This document shows positions 23,525-32,173 of a stretch of DNA of 39,636 nucleotides, in pieces (the stretch's first letter is position 1; the number at the start of each line of letters is the position of its first letter). Origin of the DNA: a virus; the IMG/VR virus record IMGVR_UViG_3300037851_001094, one strand, 5' to 3'. The translations under genes were made by a program, and so were the position numbers. Below the pieces are notes generated by a model that saw only the letters and a program-made list of their open reading frames with translations, searched no databases and was not told the origin of the DNA.

Positions 23525-23857
23525 ATGACTAATTTTGAAATGTTATATCTTCTTTTAGGAAGTGGTTCAGGACTAGGATTATTATATTTATGTTTTAAAT
23601 TTGGGAAAATGGCTCAAAAACTTGATTCTTTAGAAATCGGATTAAAAAATTTAGGTTCTGAATTTAAATCAGAGTTTGAGAAAATAGATAATACTTTGAA
23701 TGAAATTAAAACAAGTATGCATAAATTGGACGTTCGTCTTGCCACAATTGAAGGCGAACACAGAATGTACCCATGGCCCATGGTAATAAATGAAGACGTT
23801 GAGCCTCGTCGTCGAGCTGGACGTCCTAAAAGAGTATTGGTCCACAAGGAGAATTAA
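23525..23857 (+). CDS. membrane-anchored coiled-coil protein with C-terminal AT-hook-like motif (antisense moron)
   Basis: TM LYLLLGSGSGLGLLYLCF, heptad-like KLDSLEIGLKNLGSEFKSEFEKIDNTLNEIKTSMHKLDVRLATIEGE, then PRRRAGRPKRV; GGAG RBS. Confidence 0.6.
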   Translation: MTNFEMLYLLLGSGSGLGLLYLCFKFGKMAQKLDSLEIGLKNLGSEFKSEFEKIDNTLNEIKTSMHKLDVRLATIEGEHRMYPWPMVINEDVEPRRRAGRPKRVLVHKEN

Positions 23858-24078
23858 TGCAATTATCACAAGGCGATCTGTTCGATAGAACTTTAGAAGC
23901 AAAAATAATCATGATGCAAAGATGGATCGCCCGGCTAGAAAAGACCTTAAATTTCTATGCCCAGGTTTATCAAATGAGAGCGGATCAGAAAAATCAGATC
24001 AACGCGTTGCCGATCCCAAAAGAAGAACAGATGAACTTCTTTAATTCTTCAAATACTCAAGAATCACAATCGCCGTAA
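23857..24078 (+). CDS. hypothetical protein (antisense moron, coupled to 23525 gene)
   Basis: 73 aa; TAATG stop/start overlap; its 3' end overlaps the convergent 24041..24526 gene by 38 nt. Confidence 0.45.
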   Translation: MQLSQGDLFDRTLEAKIIMMQRWIARLEKTLNFYAQVYQMRADQKNQINALPIPKEEQMNFFNSSNTQESQSP

Positions 24079-24526
24079 ATCCGGCGTAAGCCGCTGGCAC
24101 TGTTAAGATGACTTGTGTGGTATTAACTTCCAACATCGACGTATTCGCCCCCCCTTGAGGGAACGGAACCCACAAAGTCCCGCCGGCATTTTTTCCCGTT
24201 CCATAAATATGAGTGAATGTAAATGCCGGCGTCGTAGTGATGCCGTGATTCTCAGCATTCGCACCCGCGACCAGTGCAGCAGAAAACGGAACCACTTTGC
24301 GGAACGTTTGGCGCGCTTGTTGAGCATTAGCAGGGTCAAAGTACTGCTGACCAGTCAATTGCTCTTGTAGGAAGAATGCGCCTATTTCTCGGGCATTTAC
24401 ATTGTTAGCGATGTCTTTGTACAAATTTGTGAGCACAACCCTAAACTCGGATTCATCCTCGGGGAAGTATTGGCTCGTCTTGAGGAAGGGAGACAAAGCA
24501 TTTATAGGCTGGAAATTGAGCGTCAT
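24041..24526 (-). CDS. virion structural protein (tail-associated, function unknown)
   Basis: 161-aa ORF; ATGA overlap with the 949-aa gene upstream. Confidence 0.55.
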   Translation of the reverse strand: MTLNFQPINALSPFLKTSQYFPEDESEFRVVLTNLYKDIANNVNAREIGAFFLQEQLTGQQYFDPANAQQARQTFRKVVPFSAALVAGANAENHGITTTPAFTFTHIYGTGKNAGGTLWVPFPQGGANTSMLEVNTTQVILTVPAAYAGFTAIVILEYLKN

Positions 24527-27372
24527 GTAATCAACCGTCCAGTTGGTGAAAACGAGAAAATTAAACCATGAAGCGTTACGTCACTGAAAGAAATTGTAGG
24601 ATTGCGAATTTGAGAATTCATTGTACAGCCACTTACGGGATCTAAAACGCCATCATTCAGATTCATGCTTAGCTGGATAAAAGAACCGGAAGTATTGGAA
24701 TAGACCCGATGCCAGATTTTTTCTTGCAAGTCTTGAAAAGAGGGGCCAACTTGATCAGGAGAAGTATTCATAATGTCCGATTTAACAACCGTATTAACAT
24801 CATAAGAAGAAAGATAATCGATATTAATTTGGCCCCCATCTGTGCTTTCTGCAAGAATATCGATTCGAGGCAAACGGACGCCTCTTCCTTCTTTATAAAA
24901 GGGATTATAAAGCTTTGTGCGAATATCAAAATTCTGGACGATTCTTATGGTCCCCCCTCCTTGATATACGCCGGCAAAAGCCTTGCAGTTATCTATGACA
25001 AAAGAGTTAGTCAATGTACTCATGACTTGATAGATGCCATCGATCGGCGCATCGGGATCGGCGGTTGTAACTCCAACAGGATTGAATAGCTGAACGAATT
25101 GGCCAACTTTAAGGTTATGGTTTACAGAAGTGATCGTACAGTTTTGAGTCGTAGTCATATTATCTAAACAAAGCACCGGATCATTTTTAAAGATTCCCAA
25201 GGATTGATTGATGATCATTACAAACCCTTGTTGATTCCCCGCAACGACCAAAGGATATTTAGCAAATTTAGCATTGGAAACCCAGGTGTATCCAGGGCTA
25301 TTCCAGGGAAATTTAGCCTGGGCCCACGTTAGGTCTGTTGCTGACTGGAAGTATCCAAAACAAGTAAATGAGTCGTCGAAATTGGCAAAAGAGCCATCGA
25401 GATAGTTATAAACTAAAAATCGACTAGGATAGACGAGCTGTTCAGAAGCCACAGGGAAAGTCCAATAAACAAGCTGAAATGTATAATCTCTGATGCCATG
25501 GACCCGTTTGACCCCATTATTTAAGTTGGCAAAATCAAAAACCTCATCGGGGATCTTTTGATCCAATCGGGCGACATTGACACTATTGCACGTTGTAATC
25601 CCATAATTCCCGACAGCAAAGACCCCTTGATCGAAAGGCACCACTGAAAAAGTAGATTCACAACCAAGCTCTGTGTTGATCTTTTGGAAGACAAAGGGAA
25701 GAACTTCATTCCCCGTATAAACGAGTTGCCAAGTAGAGCGCTCAAAATAGACAATTAAAGTATCTTTAATGAATTCTACAGAGACTATAGCCTCATTCGT
25801 AGGCGCATCAATAAAGCCGCCCTTTCCTGGAGTATCACTCCACCAAGCGTCTTGTTGAGCCGCTTGGTTAGCTGGAAGCTCAAAAGTTCCGTTTGGCGCA
25901 ACAAAAGGAGGTGGCGATACATTTCCTACATAGAAAGGCGTTCCGTTTTGGGACCATCGAGCCCTTTGAGCAAAATTTACTGGAGCATTTACAGCATCGC
26001 CTTCGAACGTGTTAAAACAGATTAACCTGTCTTTATATGTAACGATAGCCAAACACCCTCTTAAAAATTGGATTTGCGTTTGATCTGTAGGATTATTCAA
26101 TGGAGGCTGGAAATTTACCCACCCAACATCAGGAATGGTGCCAGGTCCATCATACCAACGAATTCCATCTCCAGAGCCTCCGACTGAAGCAGCATTTCCG
26201 CGAGCAACAAGATAAGCCACCCCTCCGCTTATATAAGCTGTAAAACCTGTAGAATTGATGTTAACTGTAAAATTTCCTGCGGCAATTGCAGTTACGGTTC
26301 CAGTTAAACCATTAATTTCTGTCATGCCCAAGACGTGCGTAAATCCAATGACATCGCCGACTTGGAAAGGATGAGCCGCCAATGATACAACGGCGGCGGC
26401 AGCTTGAGTGATATTGGAAATAAGCGAGAAGGCATAGCTGCCCACAACATCATTTGTGGTCCACAGGGCGCCGCGCCAATTATAGGTCCAAAAAAAGTTA
26501 AAGTCCGTACCAATCCAAGAAAAAGGAGTTGTAACACTCGGAGGATCGTCCGGCGTTTTATAAAAAGTTACATCTAAAAAGTCGGCATTAAAAAAGTAAG
26601 ACTTTTGCGTGTCAAATGCCACCAAACCTTCATCGTTTAAGGAAGAGGCTTCTCGAGTTCTGAGGCCCATAACAGGAAGGCAAGGAGCAAAACTATAACT
26701 TACCGTAGCCGTATAAGGACCTCCGGCTGGGAGAGAATTGAAGAAAATCGTAAATGCACCAGTGAGATAGTTTATGACATTGAAATTCGGTCCTACGGTC
26801 GCGATCCGATTCGCTGTTCCACCCGACACATATGGATTGAAAAGCGTGCTATCGACATTGATATCGAAAGTATTTCCAACGACATTTGAGACTGTAAAGG
26901 TATTTCCATTAAGTTCAAACATCCCTTGAATTCCATCGAAATGAACTTGATCTCCAGCCGCAAAATATACAGGAGCGCTCAAAGTTACATTCGCAGGATT
27001 GGCGTTGGTGATATTCGTAACCGTATCTGGAGCTGTAGTTTCTGCAAGCCTTCCATCCCCTAAATCTTCAAAAGTCACCGGAGGAACAGAGTTGATTGTG
27101 ATTGTAATTGTTCCTGGAGCCACAGGAAGGCTAGTTAATAAACCCGATAAAGTTGTCGATGCTGCCAGAATTCCGGCAAATGTCTGAGTTACTTGTCTCT
27201 TTAGGCGACCATCGGGGCCTACAGCTAGATATCCCGATTTTCTTTCAATTCTGCCCCTAAAAAGATAACAGTTCTCTAAAGCTGGGAAGCTGTCATTATC
27301 AGGGAGGAAAGGCTCTACATCTCTGCGTACACCATCTCGGAGATTGACAACAGCATAAGGTGCCATTCCCAT
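24523..27372 (-). CDS. large tail (nozzle / tail-tubular-B-like) protein carrying three inserted small beta-barrel repeats
   Basis: 949 aa, beta-rich and not tape-measure-like; largest virion gene; position after capsid/adaptor genes. Repeats such as ISNITQAAAAVVSLAAHPFQVGDVIGFTHVLGMTEINGLTGTVTAIAAGNFTVNINSTGFTAYISGG. Confidence 0.55.
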   Translation of the reverse strand: MGMAPYAVVNLRDGVRRDVEPFLPDNDSFPALENCYLFRGRIERKSGYLAVGPDGRLKRQVTQTFAGILAASTTLSGLLTSLPVAPGTITITINSVPPVTFEDLGDGRLAETTAPDTVTNITNANPANVTLSAPVYFAAGDQVHFDGIQGMFELNGNTFTVSNVVGNTFDINVDSTLFNPYVSGGTANRIATVGPNFNVINYLTGAFTIFFNSLPAGGPYTATVSYSFAPCLPVMGLRTREASSLNDEGLVAFDTQKSYFFNADFLDVTFYKTPDDPPSVTTPFSWIGTDFNFFWTYNWRGALWTTNDVVGSYAFSLISNITQAAAAVVSLAAHPFQVGDVIGFTHVLGMTEINGLTGTVTAIAAGNFTVNINSTGFTAYISGGVAYLVARGNAASVGGSGDGIRWYDGPGTIPDVGWVNFQPPLNNPTDQTQIQFLRGCLAIVTYKDRLICFNTFEGDAVNAPVNFAQRARWSQNGTPFYVGNVSPPPFVAPNGTFELPANQAAQQDAWWSDTPGKGGFIDAPTNEAIVSVEFIKDTLIVYFERSTWQLVYTGNEVLPFVFQKINTELGCESTFSVVPFDQGVFAVGNYGITTCNSVNVARLDQKIPDEVFDFANLNNGVKRVHGIRDYTFQLVYWTFPVASEQLVYPSRFLVYNYLDGSFANFDDSFTCFGYFQSATDLTWAQAKFPWNSPGYTWVSNAKFAKYPLVVAGNQQGFVMIINQSLGIFKNDPVLCLDNMTTTQNCTITSVNHNLKVGQFVQLFNPVGVTTADPDAPIDGIYQVMSTLTNSFVIDNCKAFAGVYQGGGTIRIVQNFDIRTKLYNPFYKEGRGVRLPRIDILAESTDGGQINIDYLSSYDVNTVVKSDIMNTSPDQVGPSFQDLQEKIWHRVYSNTSGSFIQLSMNLNDGVLDPVSGCTMNSQIRNPTISFSDVTLHGLIFSFSPTGRLIT

Positions 27373-28022
27373 TAGATCACCATAAATCCTATAATGGTGC
27401 CATTCGCCCCAACTCCACCCATTTGAATTCGAAAAGAATTGGGCATTTTATTAGTTATGTTTGCACTTGAACCAAATCCCTCGGTAAAAACAAAAACAAA
27501 ATAAGAATCATAACTAAGATTTTGAAGAAAAGTGACATCAAATGCGGTATTATTACGGTTTACACTTCCAGCAGGACCAACCTGACCTGGATTCATATTT
27601 ATAATTAAACTATCGGATGCAGCAGGTGGAGGAGCTCCGGGAAGCACATTTTGTAGCCCGTTTGGACCTAAAACAAAACGACACATACATTTAATGGAAG
27701 GAAGCAAAGTTATTTGCTGGGCTGCCGATTCTCTGGTGCCTGCAAAATATAGTTCATGTGTAAAGCCTGGCGCCGGTGTTGCAGCCGCTTTCCCGAAGTT
27801 CTTTTGATAAATCCTTCCTTTTGGATAAGGAAGGGCAGGATCAACTTGAATAGTAGAAAAAGTCGTTTGCTTATGTTCGCCCGAACTGGAATTGGCAGGC
27901 GTTACTATATCTACGTGATCGACTCCAAAAGATGCATTTGTACGAGAAAAGTTAACCTGCATCCGAGGTTGATCTGCACTTAAGAAGTTATTGGGAGCCG
28001 GAATATTTGGATCGTAAGTCAT
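27372..28022 (-). CDS. virion structural protein (tail-associated)
   Basis: 216 aa; TAATG overlap with the 949-aa gene; N-terminus PNIPAPNNFLSADQPRMQVNFSRTNASFGVDHV. Confidence 0.5.
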   Translation of the reverse strand: MTYDPNIPAPNNFLSADQPRMQVNFSRTNASFGVDHVDIVTPANSSSGEHKQTTFSTIQVDPALPYPKGRIYQKNFGKAAATPAPGFTHELYFAGTRESAAQQITLLPSIKCMCRFVLGPNGLQNVLPGAPPPAASDSLIINMNPGQVGPAGSVNRNNTAFDVTFLQNLSYDSYFVFVFTEGFGSSANITNKMPNSFRIQMGGVGANGTIIGFMVI

Positions 28023-28683
28023 GATTATCCTTTCGTAATAGTCCTTTTAAAATTTTACATATACACGAAGGATAAACATTAAACAAGCGTGCGATATCTT
28101 TTTGTGGCATATTTTGCGCCTTAAGTTCTTTTATTTTTTTAATATCTTCATCGGTTAACTTTGCCATCCCATGACGAGAACCTTTTCTTATGCCGACTAA
28201 TCCTTCTTTTAGACGCTTTTTCACATTTTGAGGCGAACATCTAAATTGCGCCGCAATTTTATCCAAAGACAAACCTTGAGACCGAAGAACTTTCATTTGC
28301 TCGATTATTTCTGGAGAGAGTTTGTAGAATTTTTTTCTGTCTCTTCCTTTAGTGATCATGTCATGCATATTTTCTTTAGGAGTGCCTAAAAAAAGATGTC
28401 GAGGATTCGTACATTCCGGGAAATCACAAGTATGACAAACAAACATTCCAAGGGGAATTTCTCCTTTGAAAATTTCATAAGAAATTCTAGAAGCATTATG
28501 TGTTTTCCCTTTTATTGTTAATTGACCATGTCCAAATTGGGAACGACATCCTATCCATTCCCAACAATCATCTTCCGTTTTTCCTTTTTGAACTTTCTCC
28601 ATCATGCGACACTTCAAAGAACAAAAAAAATCTTGTTGATATTTTCTTTTAAAAATCTGACTGCAGAATTTGCATATAGCCAT
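27988..28683 (-). CDS. free-standing HNH homing endonuclease with two C-terminal HTH modules
   Basis: CWEWIGCRSQFGHGQLTIKGKTHNASRISYEIF...VCHTCDFPECTNPRHLFLGTPKENMHDM (HNH_3-type pattern), plus LSPEIIEQMKVLRSQGLSLDKIAAQF and LTDEDIKKIKELKAQNMPQKDIARLF. GGAG RBS. Confidence 0.85.
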   Translation of the reverse strand: MAICKFCSQIFKRKYQQDFFCSLKCRMMEKVQKGKTEDDCWEWIGCRSQFGHGQLTIKGKTHNASRISYEIFKGEIPLGMFVCHTCDFPECTNPRHLFLGTPKENMHDMITKGRDRKKFYKLSPEIIEQMKVLRSQGLSLDKIAAQFRCSPQNVKKRLKEGLVGIRKGSRHGMAKLTDEDIKKIKELKAQNMPQKDIARLFNVYPSCICKILKGLLRKDNHDLRSKYSGSQ

Positions 28684-28694
28684 ATAGATTCTCC

Positions 28695-28708
28695 GTTTCC
28701 GAAGAAAC
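28695..28708 (-). promoter_or_regulatory. UUCG-tetraloop hairpin immediately 5' of the HNH RBS
   Basis: Minus strand reads GTTTC-TTCG-GAAAC followed directly by GGAGAATCTATATG. Confidence 0.4.
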
Positions 28709-28738
28709 TACCACAACACGATTTCCGAGTCAACACCA

Positions 28739-28751
28739 ATCGCTATAGATT
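28739..28751. repeat. 13-nt direct repeat ATCGCTATAGATT, copy 1 (just past the stop of the 28752 gene)
   Basis: Perfect copy of 28794..28806; a shorter TATAGATT copy lies at 28683-28690, overlapping the first base (28683) of the HNH start codon. Confidence 0.85.
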
Positions 28752-29753
28752 TTAGAAGCGAAAAAATTGATTGTTGTACGGAAACTGTATTTGATCGCTA
28801 TAGATTGTTGAACTTCTTTGGTTTGTTTGTTGTTTAATTGTTCTTCGATTAATCAATTTGAGCTGCTCTTGCAGAAGCGGTCTAAATTTCATAAGATTCT
28901 CAAAGTCGGCATTGTCTGCAAAAAACTTGTCGGCTGCTCCATAAGCCAAAAGTTGCCACCATTCATTAAGTTGTGGATCTGCAGACGCATTGGCTTGATC
29001 AAAGATTGGAGTTGGATATCTCCAAGCGTCAACTTGAAATTGATAAACGTTATTAGGAACAGGACGCAAAAAGAACTGATCTTGATAAAAAAGGCAAGCT
29101 AAAGGGCGAGCGGCAACATAAGGCACATACTGAATGTTAATCGGAGCGCCATTAGCCGGAATTTGAGGAGGGTTAAGCAACGAAAAGTCGACAATAATAA
29201 GACCTGTAACATAGTTGACAGATCCAACAATTGGCGCTGTGGTACCAAATTTGATAAGCTGTCCGATTCCGTTGTCTATAATTTGAATCGCGTTTCCAAC
29301 AGCATCGATGCTACTCAAAATAAAATCGGAAGTTATCTCGTTATTTTCATTGGTATTTGCCCTTAAAAATGGGACTTGGGTAGCTGTAAACGAAAAGTTG
29401 GATGTCACTCCATCGCCTGTCGCGGCTTGTTCAAAGAAGTTAAATTTAGGATAGGTTCGAAAAAATTGCTCTCTACTTTGGGAATAAAAAGCCTGGTATC
29501 CAGCTATGTAAACGGGAGGCTGAATAAACATGTAAGTATTGCGCGGGAAAACATAAGCATCAACGTTCGGAGAAGTGTAAAATGTCAGCGTCTCTTTCAT
29601 GTTGAAAAGAGGCAGGTGCATCGGCAAATCGTAGATGTAGAACGTATTGATGTATTTTACAATTTCAGCATCTGAAATTTCTGATTGACTCGCTTGAGCC
29701 GTAATACGGCGAAATTTAGTGATTATATCACCTAAGTTATTTGGTACAGTCAT
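28752..29753 (-). CDS. virion structural protein (adaptor / tail-tubular-A-like by position)
   Basis: 333-aa ORF between the capsid module and the tail genes. Confidence 0.5.
   Translation of the reverse strand: MTVPNNLGDIITKFRRITAQASQSEISDAEIVKYINTFYIYDLPMHLPLFNMKETLTFYTSPNVDAYVFPRNTYMFIQPPVYIAGYQAFYSQSREQFFRTYPKFNFFEQAATGDGVTSNFSFTATQVPFLRANTNENNEITSDFILSSIDAVGNAIQIIDNGIGQLIKFGTTAPIVGSVNYVTGLIIVDFSLLNPPQIPANGAPINIQYVPYVAARPLACLFYQDQFFLRPVPNNVYQFQVDAWRYPTPIFDQANASADPQLNEWWQLLAYGAADKFFADNADFENLMKFRPLLQEQLKLINRRTIKQQTNQRSSTIYSDQIQFPYNNQFFRF
28794..28806. repeat. 13-nt direct repeat ATCGCTATAGATT, copy 2 (inside the 3' coding end of the 28752 gene)
   Basis: Perfect copy of 28739..28751, 55 nt away. 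Confidence 0.85.
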
Positions 29754-29826
29754 GGAATTCCAAGTAGACGGTTATTAAAAGAGTTTCCTTTCCCCCCTAG
29801 GAAGAAAGGAAGTGTCCCGAAGAAGT

Positions 29827-30192
29827 TCATAGATCGGGGTATTGAACAAAGTTGTACCTTTGCACCCTTCTACCGACTTCTTGAAGTTTATCCCCATTGT
29901 TATCAATCGTTTCATGATAAACAGGATAATTGCAGTCTTCATTCAAATGTTTAACTACGGAAATAGGAAGTTCGTATTCTCCGCCATCACGAAGTTTATA
30001 CTTTTGAACCTTGTCTCCTTTGAACTTTTTGAAGACAAATTCAATGGAGCCACCTTTGGCTTCATGACATTGAAAACGGCCCTTTACGAGTCTTGATTCT
30101 CTGATGCGTTGATCTTCCCACTTATCCTCATTTTTCTTTGTGTGGATAGCGTGATCTTTTTTTTCATCTCTTACATGTGTGTTTACGCTCAT
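29827..30192 (-). CDS. hypothetical virion-module protein
   Basis: 121-aa ORF bounded by hairpins on both sides. Confidence 0.5.
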   Translation of the reverse strand: MSVNTHVRDEKKDHAIHTKKNEDKWEDQRIRESRLVKGRFQCHEAKGGSIEFVFKKFKGDKVQKYKLRDGGEYELPISVVKHLNEDCNYPVYHETIDNNGDKLQEVGRRVQRYNFVQYPDL

Positions 30193-30204
30193 TTTTCCTC
30201 TTTT

Positions 30205-30226
30205 AAAAAAGGGGGATTGCTCCCCC
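30205..30226 (-). terminator. rho-independent terminator/attenuator after the capsid genes (minus strand)
   Basis: GGGGGA (30211-30216) pairs with TCCCCC (30221-30226), 4-nt loop. A6 at 30205-30210 gives U6 directly after the stem on the minus strand. Confidence 0.6.
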
Positions 30227-30231
30227 TTGGG

Positions 30232-31191
30232 TTAAACAACCAAACCGCGTTCAGCGCGCCAATTGATAATGTGGCCTGCTGCACCTACAACGGAAGAGCC
30301 TAATCTCATGCCGATAACGGCAGTGTTGATTGTGGCGCCAGCCAGTGTTGGTGTGTTATCCGCCATCGGTACAACCTCTGCAAATTGGCCAAAATAATTG
30401 ACGAAAGATGCAGGGAAGGCAAAAGCAGAAAACGCTGTGCTATCGATATTTACGTCGATAGTGTTTGTAGAACCAGCAGAGTCGGCAAGACCTACTGCTG
30501 TAATGATCCCTACCAAACCGTTCATTTGCGTCATTCCAAAGCTTGCAGGAATGTTCAGCCTTACTTCCTGACCAACAGTTAAACCGTGGGTTACAGACAT
30601 AGTAATTCTGGCCTGAGCAGCTTGAGAAATTTTTGTCGCAAAACGACGTCTTGGATAGAAATACGGCTCAAATGGAACCAATCTTGCAGAAACAGCGGTA
30701 GCTGGAGCTGCAAAACCTGATGTATCCATATCGCGCAATTGGAACGAAACACCTGCAACAACGTTATCTACGGTAAAGTCCATACCAGCAATTTGGAACA
30801 TGCCAGTCGTATTAGTAATACGAACAACATCGCCATTTTTGAAAGTATGTCCTGCCAAAGCAACAACTGCTGCTGGAGCTTGGCTTACTGCGCCTGCTGG
30901 ACCTTGCAGAGGGCCGAGGGCGCCGCTGGAGGTGTCAACAAGGAGAAAACCGTTCGTTGCAGTGAAAGTTTCTAAAACGTCAGTTGGCCCGACGTTAGAA
31001 GTTCCAAGGATCGCAGAGTCAGGGCTCATCCCGACATTCCAGTTTGCCCACCAAAGGACAGACGCTGCGTTCGCATTGATGTTCGTGACATCAAATGTAG
31101 TAAAATGGGTGCAACCAGGAACCGAAATGATTCTTGGAAGCCCATCAGAAACATAGCTACCCGTAAGGATAGATGAAGTAGATAAACTCAT
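30232..31191 (-). CDS. capsid-associated protein (decoration / head-fibre candidate) with two small beta-barrel repeats
   Basis: 319 aa, immediately downstream of the major capsid gene. Repeats APAAVVALAGHTFKNGDVVRITNTTGMFQIAGMDFTVDNVVAGVSFQL and ARITMSVTHGLTVGQEVRLNIPASFGMTQMNGLVGIITAV. Confidence 0.5.
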   Translation of the reverse strand: MSLSTSSILTGSYVSDGLPRIISVPGCTHFTTFDVTNINANAASVLWWANWNVGMSPDSAILGTSNVGPTDVLETFTATNGFLLVDTSSGALGPLQGPAGAVSQAPAAVVALAGHTFKNGDVVRITNTTGMFQIAGMDFTVDNVVAGVSFQLRDMDTSGFAAPATAVSARLVPFEPYFYPRRRFATKISQAAQARITMSVTHGLTVGQEVRLNIPASFGMTQMNGLVGIITAVGLADSAGSTNTIDVNIDSTAFSAFAFPASFVNYFGQFAEVVPMADNTPTLAGATINTAVIGMRLGSSVVGAAGHIINWRAERGLVV

Positions 31192-31202
31192 TTAATCCTC
31201 CT

Positions 31203-32153
31203 TTATGGTGCTAATGTTGATCTAAGATTAATGACCCATGCATCGTTGGTGATACGTGGGACTTGTGCCATTTTCCAGCCGATTTCAGCATTTAATGCCA
31301 AAGGTCCGCTGTAAATTGGTGGGCGATATACGAACTGAGCGCTATATCCGTCTTGTTCGATAACGGCATAAGACTCTCTACCGCAGAAGAACGTGTTGTA
31401 AACGTTCGCACCAAGGGCAGAAGCATTAGGTGTTACAGAACCGATAGAAGAGAGCAGGAAGCGGGCGTTAAACACAGCACCGTATTCTGCAATCAACGTC
31501 GAGTTTTGGTTTGGATAGTTCCACTTCTGAATGAAGGATGGAATTGAATCCAATTGACCAATCAAATCGGTGTGACCCAAAGCGAAAAACGCGTCACGAA
31601 CGGGAGCCGTTCCAAAACGCAACTCGCCCTCGATCCCAGAAAGGAAAGAGTAGGCGTTATTGCCTCGCAGCGCACGAACGACATCTAAGACGTCTGTGCC
31701 CGTAATTTCGGTTGGGTTGTCTCCGTTTCCGCCTGCTGTACAGTTAATAAAGCTTGCGGTAGACGTGAGCATATCTCTTGTCAACTGATCTTCAGTTTGA
31801 CGAAGAGAGACGCCAAGACGCTCTGTGAGTTCATTGAGAACGGGGTCCTGATTTTGAAGAGTTACTTGCTCGTTCAGGATCATATATTGACCGTAGAAGG
31901 ACATCGTTGCGTCGATATCAACTACAGTTGTTGTAACCGGAGCTGGAGGAACGCCAGAATTTCCAAGTGGAACGACTGCCGTAGGAAGCGGATTGTACCG
32001 TCTCATACGTAAAGTTGTGCCACCATTCCTGGGCATTAACTTCAAGTCTGCCGGAATATTGTGGATCATATTCGGAACTGGTACAGACAAGAGCTTATAT
32101 GAGAAGCTTTGCTGTACGGGCGCCGCGATCACACTTGTGGTTGTGATTGCCAT
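31203..32153 (-). CDS. major capsid protein (HK97-fold type inferred)
   Basis: 316 aa, directly after the scaffold-like gene. Pattern ...NGGTTLRMRRYNPLPTAVVPLGNSGVPP...MSFYGQYMILNEQVTLQNQDPVLNELTERLG... is reminiscent of N4-gp56-like capsid proteins. Confidence 0.8.
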   Translation of the reverse strand: MAITTTSVIAAPVQQSFSYKLLSVPVPNMIHNIPADLKLMPRNGGTTLRMRRYNPLPTAVVPLGNSGVPPAPVTTTVVDIDATMSFYGQYMILNEQVTLQNQDPVLNELTERLGVSLRQTEDQLTRDMLTSTASFINCTAGGNGDNPTEITGTDVLDVVRALRGNNAYSFLSGIEGELRFGTAPVRDAFFALGHTDLIGQLDSIPSFIQKWNYPNQNSTLIAEYGAVFNARFLLSSIGSVTPNASALGANVYNTFFCGRESYAVIEQDGYSAQFVYRPPIYSGPLALNAEIGWKMAQVPRITNDAWVINLRSTLAP

Positions 32154-32173
32154 TTAGTAAAACCTTTAAAGTT

